Assembly (NCBI GenBank): GCA_963784355.1
Contig: CAWAQU010000012.1
Span: 64,001-128,000 of the forward strand
Length of the DNA: 64,000 bases
Direction: 5' to 3'
DNA from: an uncultured bacterium
Lineage (GTDB): Bacteria; Patescibacteriota; JACMRA01
A model generated the notes under the pieces. That model worked only from the letters and a program-made list of their open reading frames with translations, was not told the origin of the DNA and ran no database searches. Below, piece after piece: positions 58,396 to 64,000 of this stretch (position 1 is its first letter; each line of letters starts with the position of its first letter). The translations under genes and the position numbers were made by a program.

Positions 58396-60615
58396 ATGGC
58401 AGCGAACAATAATCTTAATACGAATCAACCACAAAATACCTCAAATTCCGGGAGAAATTCTAACTTTGGCCAAATTAATATGGGCTATACCCAAGCCCCA
58501 ATGCGAAAATCTTCTGCGGTTCAATTTCCTCAAATTCAAACCAATGCTCAAATGCAGGGTAATTTACCTCAAATGCCAAGTCCTGCAGGTAGCGTAACAC
58601 CAGTAATTAATAATAACCAGCCTCCTTACCCTCAGAGTCAACAATTTTACCCTCAGCAAAGACCATCAATGCCTTATGGACCTAATAATGGTTACGGTCC
58701 AGGGATGCCACCTCAGCAAAATCCGGTGTACGGTAGGCCTGCTTACCCTCAACAAAGAGCGATAGGACCTCAAGAAAATTACGACTATCTCACAAAATTA
58801 AATCCGACTGAGCTTAGAAATGAAGTAATCAAGACTGAAATCGAAATCCAAAAGGCTTTAGTAGATAGTGAAAGAGCTTATAGAGAGGGGATTTCTACTA
58901 TACGTGACTTAATTGCGCCAAGTAGTGTAAAAGTTACCACAGGACAACTGGAAATCGGTACTAAACTTATTCGTAGTTTTTTTGTTTTGACTTATCCTAG
59001 AGTAATAAATAGCGGTTGGCTAGAAGGTGTGGTAAATGCTGATATTCCAATGGATTTATCAATCTTCATTTACCCGAGAGATTCGTCTGATGTACTTCAC
59101 GAATTGAAGAGTAAGGTAGGTAAAATCCAAGCCTCTTTGGAAATTAATTCAGAGCGAGGTGCTGCCAGAGATCCTGCTTTAGAAATAGCTTATAAAGATG
59201 TAGAAAGTCTTCGAGATGCTATTCAACAAGGTGTAGAAAAATTTTTCAGGGTAGGGGTGTATGTTACTATCTACGCTGATAACTTAGACCAAATGGAGAA
59301 ATATACTCAAGATATTGAAGGAATTTTGAGTCAGCAGAGTATCATAATGAAAAGAGCTGCCCTTCAAATGGATGATGGTTTCAACTCTTCACTACCGATT
59401 TTAAAAGATGATTTGTATGTTTTAAATAACATGAATACAAGTCCGCTTTCAGCTTGTTTCCCTTTTGTTTCTTCCGAATTGTCTTCTGACTCAGGTATTT
59501 TGTATGGAGTAAATAGACATAACACTTCTTTAATTATTTTTGATAGATTCGAGCTTGAAAATGCAAATTCCTTAATTTTTGCTACTTCAGGTGCCGGTAA
59601 GAGTTATGCTGTAAAATTAGAAATTTTGAGGAGTTTAATGATGGGAATTTCTGTAATTGTAATTGACCCTGAACAAGAATACAAAGTACTTGCTGATACC
59701 CTGGGAGGTACTTATGTAAATATGAGTTTAAACTCAAATAATCGTATCAATCCTTTTGATTTACCTAAACCTTTACCAGGAGAAAGCACTGCAGATATTT
59801 TGCGTACAGCTATAATTGACTTGATGGGACTTATGGGCTTGATGCTTGGTAAATTGACTCCTGAAGAGATAAGTATTTTGGAAAAAGCAATCCAAGAAGC
59901 TTATGCTAAAAGAGATATTACGGCTGAGAGTGATTTGCATAATATAGTACCTCCTACAATTGGTGATCTAGTGGACATTCTAAACGGTATTGTGGGTGGA
60001 GAAACTTTAGCCCAAAGACTTTATAGATATAGTGAGGGTACCTTTGCCGGTATTTTCAACCAACGTACAAATATCAATATCAGCAATGATTTTATCGTAT
60101 TTAATATTCGAGATTTGCAGGAATCACTGAGACCAATTGCCATGTATGTACTCTTGAAGTACATTTGGAACGAAATTAGATCTAGTTTGAGAAAAAGAAT
60201 TTTGGCTATCGATGAGGCCTGGATTATGATGCAATACGAAGATTCGGCTAGGTTTTTGTATGGGCTTGTAAAGCGTGCCCGTAAATATTATTTGGGAATT
60301 ACCACAATTACTCAGGATGTAGGTGACTTTTTGAGCTCTCCATTCGGAAAACCAATTGTGACTAACGCGGCTATGAAGTTATTGCTTAAACAATCTCCGG
60401 CTGCTATTGATACCGTTGCTGATACCTTTGCACTTACCGGTGGTGAAAAACAAGTTTTATTGCAATCGGATGTAGGGCAGGGAATCTTTTTTGCCGGTCC
60501 GAGGCATGTAGCTATTGAAATTGTGGCTTTTCCAACCGAACACAGGATCATTACCACCAATCCAAAAGACATCCTGAGAATGCAAGGTATGAATGAGAAC
60601 GATATTCAGGTTTAG
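58396..60615 (+). CDS. VirB4/TraC-like (DUF87) ATPase with Q/P/N-rich N-terminal extension
   Basis: ATSGAGKS, IDPEQEY, INPFD, IDEAW, KRARKY, ITQD. Confidence 0.9.
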   Translation: MAANNNLNTNQPQNTSNSGRNSNFGQINMGYTQAPMRKSSAVQFPQIQTNAQMQGNLPQMPSPAGSVTPVINNNQPPYPQSQQFYPQQRPSMPYGPNNGYGPGMPPQQNPVYGRPAYPQQRAIGPQENYDYLTKLNPTELRNEVIKTEIEIQKALVDSERAYREGISTIRDLIAPSSVKVTTGQLEIGTKLIRSFFVLTYPRVINSGWLEGVVNADIPMDLSIFIYPRDSSDVLHELKSKVGKIQASLEINSERGAARDPALEIAYKDVESLRDAIQQGVEKFFRVGVYVTIYADNLDQMEKYTQDIEGILSQQSIIMKRAALQMDDGFNSSLPILKDDLYVLNNMNTSPLSACFPFVSSELSSDSGILYGVNRHNTSLIIFDRFELENANSLIFATSGAGKSYAVKLEILRSLMMGISVIVIDPEQEYKVLADTLGGTYVNMSLNSNNRINPFDLPKPLPGESTADILRTAIIDLMGLMGLMLGKLTPEEISILEKAIQEAYAKRDITAESDLHNIVPPTIGDLVDILNGIVGGETLAQRLYRYSEGTFAGIFNQRTNINISNDFIVFNIRDLQESLRPIAMYVLLKYIWNEIRSSLRKRILAIDEAWIMMQYEDSARFLYGLVKRARKYYLGITTITQDVGDFLSSPFGKPIVTNAAMKLLLKQSPAAIDTVADTFALTGGEKQVLLQSDVGQGIFFAGPRHVAIEIVAFPTEHRIITTNPKDILRMQGMNENDIQV

Positions 60616-60616
60616 C

Positions 60617-61744
60617 CTAATTTGCTTTTATTGCTTCCTGTAGAGAATCAACATCGGATTTCAATTTTACATCTGGTTCTAGTCCGGTTTTGTTTATCTT
60701 TATATCATTTGGGGTAATCCATTCGGCAATGGTTAATTTCATTCCGTCACCATTTTTCAGTGGGAAAATTTGCTGTACTACTCCCTTACCATAGGATTTT
60801 TGACCAATCAATTGAGCACCTTTATGGTCTCTTAAACTCCCAGCTACAATTTCACTTGCGGAAGCAGTATTTTTGTTTATCAAAATTTTTACAGGGTAGT
60901 TTTGCAGACTAAATTCTTTTTTTGTACTGTTATGATTAATTATCCTGGTTTTAGTTTTTTCTTTTAGTACTACTTTATCTGGCTCGATGAAGTAAGAAAC
61001 CGTGTCTACAGCTTCGTTTAACAAGCCTCCAGTATTATCTCTCAAATCCAGTATAATTTCTTTAGCTTCTTTGTTTTGTAATATTTTCTGAGCTGCATCG
61101 TTTAGTTGGGTATCTACCTGCTCTCCAAACGAAGTAATGTTTAAAATAGCGTACTTATCTTTAAAATCCAGAGTAACCAAATCTGCAGTGATGCTGCGAC
61201 GAGTTACTTCGAATTGCAAATTTTTACCACCTCTTACAAATTCCAATTTTACAAGGGTATCTTTAGGACCTTTAATAAGTTTAACTACCTCAGCAAAATC
61301 CATACCATCTGTAGACTTATTGTCCACTTTCTGAAGTAAATCTTCAGCTTGAATACCGGCTTCTTTAGCGGGGCTATTGTTGAAAACTTTCTCAACTACA
61401 AATCCTGCATCAGTTTCTTTAAATGAAACCCCGATTCCTTCATACTGCCGATTAATCTCGTTCTTAATTTCTTGGGTATCTTTCACCGTTAGATATTCGC
61501 TATACGGATCGTCTAAACTAGCGACTACAGCCCTCAATTCAGTTTCTCTAAGCTTCTCATCAGTTGGTAAATCACCCGTGTAATTTTGCTTGATGGTGTC
61601 TAAAATTTCTTGCTTTGTGTTGAACTGATTGTAAGAACTGACTGGGTTGAGTTTGTATCTGTTGAATATACCGAAACTGGCTACTAATACTAGTAAAATA
61701 ACGATTCCAAATGTATTCAGATTTTTATTGAAGGAGTTTTTCAT
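60617..61744 (-). CDS. S41 carboxy-terminal processing protease
   Basis: DPYS, PDZ (GIG), DLRDNTGG, ASASE, GKG. Confidence 0.93.
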   Translation of the reverse strand: MKNSFNKNLNTFGIVILLVLVASFGIFNRYKLNPVSSYNQFNTKQEILDTIKQNYTGDLPTDEKLRETELRAVVASLDDPYSEYLTVKDTQEIKNEINRQYEGIGVSFKETDAGFVVEKVFNNSPAKEAGIQAEDLLQKVDNKSTDGMDFAEVVKLIKGPKDTLVKLEFVRGGKNLQFEVTRRSITADLVTLDFKDKYAILNITSFGEQVDTQLNDAAQKILQNKEAKEIILDLRDNTGGLLNEAVDTVSYFIEPDKVVLKEKTKTRIINHNSTKKEFSLQNYPVKILINKNTASASEIVAGSLRDHKGAQLIGQKSYGKGVVQQIFPLKNGDGMKLTIAEWITPNDIKINKTGLEPDVKLKSDVDSLQEAIKAN

Positions 61745-61821
61745 ATCACTAATAGACTAAAATTCCACATAGAAAGATTGTTGTCAAAGATTTCAAGGTT
61801 CTGCCTACATGTTTTACTAGC

Positions 61822-62358
61822 CTAATTTAGTGGTTCATTTCCTACGAGACTTTTAGCCTTGTTCCTTGCTCTGTTCAATCGGACTTTTACATTCCCTTTG
61901 GTAATTTTCAGAATCTCGCTTATTTCTTCAATGCTCAGTTCCTGCAGGTAAAAAAGTATTAATATTTGCCTATCTTTCTCCTGTAGTTGATTCAAAACAG
62001 CTTCCAAATCATGTTTGTCGGGCTTATCAAAATCGAAATTTATTGGCTGATCGTACTCTTTGATTTCAATAGTGTAATGTTTTGATTTATGCTTGATAAT
62101 ATTTACGGCTTCGTTGTGGGCAATACGGTAAAGCCAGCTAAAAAATCTTAGGTCTTGCTTGAATGTGGCTAAATTTGCATAGGCTTTTAGAAAAGTCTCA
62201 TTTAAAGCATCTTTTGCATCTTCGTTGTGAAAGTTTAAAAACCTTATAAGGTAACTGAAAATCTGTTTTTGGTATCTTTCAACCAACATTTCAAAATAAT
62301 CAGATTGACCTTCCAAAACAAGGTTGATTAATTCTTTGTCAGTATGATTATGCTGCAC
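61822..62358 (-). CDS. ECF RNA polymerase sigma factor
   Basis: ETFLKAY, WLYRIAHN, EISEIL, VKVRLNRAR. Confidence 0.92.
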   Translation of the reverse strand: MQHNHTDKELINLVLEGQSDYFEMLVERYQKQIFSYLIRFLNFHNEDAKDALNETFLKAYANLATFKQDLRFFSWLYRIAHNEAVNIIKHKSKHYTIEIKEYDQPINFDFDKPDKHDLEAVLNQLQEKDRQILILFYLQELSIEEISEILKITKGNVKVRLNRARNKAKSLVGNEPLN

Positions 62359-62431
62359 AGTTAAAAATTAGAGTAAGTTTTTTTAGTTATGTGAAAAATA
62401 TTAAAGAACTTAGATTTAGTAAAATGGATTA

Positions 62432-62695
62432 TTAATCATAATGCCCCTTGCAAGATAAAATTAGAACCTCACCTTTGTCTACTCTATAAATTAATCTATT
62501 CTTTTTATCAATCCTTCTTGACCAGTATCCAGATAAATTAAGTTTTAAAGGTTCAGGTTTGCCTATGCCTGCAAAAGGATCATCTTGTATTGATTGGGCT
62601 AGACGTACTATTTTTACTGCTAATTTCAGATTGCTATCTTTAAGATAAACCAGATCTTTTTTAGCCCTGTCAGTCCAAATTAATACCCAGCTCAT
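62432..62695 (-). CDS. yoeB: Txe/YoeB toxin
   Basis: GIGKPEPLK, GYWSRRID, RLIY, GHY. Confidence 0.93.
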   Translation of the reverse strand: MSWVLIWTDRAKKDLVYLKDSNLKLAVKIVRLAQSIQDDPFAGIGKPEPLKLNLSGYWSRRIDKKNRLIYRVDKGEVLILSCKGHYD

Positions 62696-62945
62696 CTGCC
62701 AAACCTTTTACATTATTATATTTTGTATACTCTCCCTTTTCATGTTGCTTAAGTGAGACATCTATATCCTCCATAATTTTAGAATTACTTAAAACATATA
62801 GAGTTTCCTGTAAACTTTCCCACTCATCTTTTGATACAAGCAATACATCGTTTCCTTCTACTAAAATAGGCTCAGAGTCGTCGTTGACTTTCTTTAGATA
62901 CGACTTAAGATTGTTTCTCAAAGTAGTATAGTTTACCGTAGTCAT
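62670..62945 (-). CDS. yefM: Phd/YefM antitoxin
   Basis: MTTVNYTTLRNNL, EWESLQETLY; ATG 62945; overlaps the toxin gene. Confidence 0.9.
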   Translation of the reverse strand: MTTVNYTTLRNNLKSYLKKVNDDSEPILVEGNDVLLVSKDEWESLQETLYVLSNSKIMEDIDVSLKQHEKGEYTKYNNVKGLADELGINLD

Positions 62946-62980
62946 GTACAGATTATTGTACGTATTTTTAATATTGTCAA
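62945..62980 (-). promoter_or_regulatory. yefM-yoeB promoter/operator
   Basis: TGTACA (62945) and TGTACG (62957) hexamers 12 bp apart; TTGACA at 62980-62975. Confidence 0.65.
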
Positions 62981-63000
62981 TATTGGGCGGAGTATTATAA

Positions 63001-63474
63001 TTATCTTGCAATTTCCTTAATATTCGCTGTTACTAGTTTCTCGTATTCACTGTTACTTAAAAAAACTGATTTGGTTAGTTCACCTGCGTTAAAACAAAGC
63101 TCCGGTTCGATTAAAGCTTTTGGATCGACAATAATTCTTAAACTAAATATTTCACCAATTGGCGGTAAAGTGCCAAATTTGCAACTGGTAAGTTGAATCA
63201 TTTCCTGTTCTGAGCCAAATTCTACTTTATCAGCTACTAAAGCGGTTTTTACTTTTTTAAGATCCAATTTTAGATGGGCTGGTACCACACATATGATAAA
63301 TTCTATTTGATCATTTTTACAGCTTTTCACAAATAGCGCTTTCAATCCTTGTTCGGGTTTGGTTTTTACGATGCGGTTATGCTCTGTTGTCGAGCCGGCC
63401 GGTAAGTGATCTACAACTCTGTATTTAACATTGTTTTGATCCAAAAAGGCTGTGATTTTTCGATATGTTGTCAT
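63001..63474 (-). CDS. YbaK/ProX family aminoacyl-tRNA editing protein
   Basis: KALFV, GTLPPIG, FNAG. Confidence 0.85.
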   Translation of the reverse strand: MTTYRKITAFLDQNNVKYRVVDHLPAGSTTEHNRIVKTKPEQGLKALFVKSCKNDQIEFIICVVPAHLKLDLKKVKTALVADKVEFGSEQEMIQLTSCKFGTLPPIGEIFSLRIIVDPKALIEPELCFNAGELTKSVFLSNSEYEKLVTANIKEIAR

Positions 63475-63590
63475 ATATTCAGCTAATTACATACTAATGA
63501 CTTATTGTCTATATATTCCTGACACTATTTTTAACACTTGACAATTCGGCCTTTATTTTCAATATAATTCTATCGTAATATTTCGACGAT

Positions 63591-64000
63591 ATGCTAGAAA
63601 ATTTGTTATTTGAACTTGGCCTTGATGAAAAAGAAGTGATTATCTTTTTAAAAATAAATGAGCTTGGCAGCACTAAAGCTTCTGACATTGCCAGAGAAGT
63701 AGAATTGCCCAAAACTACTGTAATTGAAAAGCTTTATAGCCTGGAAAATAGAGGGCTTGTGAGTAAAACTAAGGACAAAAACTCCTTCACTTTCCGCCCT
63801 GAGGACCCGGAAATACTGCTGCTGGAGCTTGTGAGAAAGGAAAAAGCTATTGAACAATTGAAAAAAGGTGTAAATCAGGCAGTACTGGAGTTGAAATCCA
63901 AACGTAAACAAGTAAAATTGCCTAAAGTGAAGTATTTTGAAGGTAAGGAAGGGTTGAAACAGCTTTACGAAGATACTTTAAACAGTGAAACGGAAATTGT
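63591..64000 (+). CDS. TrmB-family HTH transcriptional regulator (partial, runs off window)
   Basis: Manual translation MLENLLFELGLDEKEVIIFL...DIAREVELPKTTV...GLV...PKVKYFEGKEG. Confidence 0.85.
   Translation, partial: MLENLLFELGLDEKEVIIFLKINELGSTKASDIAREVELPKTTVIEKLYSLENRGLVSKTKDKNSFTFRPEDPEILLLELVRKEKAIEQLKKGVNQAVLELKSKRKQVKLPKVKYFEGKEGLKQLYEDTLNSETEI

Noticed and set aside
1665-63911. Numerous 60-120 aa ORFs antisense to or overlapping long genes (e.g. 35218-35586, 46382-46729, 63648-63911)
   Set aside because: These are shadow frames of well-supported genes and carry no motifs.
1-64000. Alternative genetic code (TGA as Gly or Trp)
   Set aside because: Long genes are open under code 11, Trp uses TGG, and TGA ends genes at expected positions (e.g. 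yefM and the M20 peptidase).

Overview
AT-rich, gene-dense chromosomal segment of a small-genome bacterium, most likely CPR/Patescibacteria. This assignment is inferred from the solitary pilM, a stand-alone VirB4-like ATPase, a TrmB-type regulator, a stand-alone riboflavin kinase, many short-leader genes and the absence of biosynthetic operons. TGA acts as stop, so the code is standard table 11. The window holds about 60 CDS (gatC, gatA, xseB, mraY, tig, glmS, dnaE, cysS, rarA, lgt, cmk, trxA, msrA, ABC exporters, yefM-yoeB and others) and 3 tRNAs (Arg-GCG, Val-TAC, Glu-TTC). I saw no CRISPR array, rRNA or mobile element. Best leads: (1) two related leader-peptide attenuators (45982-46140 and 49238-49423, minus strand) bracketing a circularly permuted ATP-grasp-like ligase plus M20 peptidase locus; (2) an unannotated, promoter- and terminator-bounded structured RNA of about 335 nt (8794-9129) with a 93-nt G-free CAAAA-repeat loop; (3) a single-gene fusion of ribosomal proteins S6 and S18; (4) domain-truncated or split core genes (DnaE without its C-terminal domains, RecG without its helicase, a split ABC half-transporter). 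All folds and family calls were made by eye and need computational confirmation.
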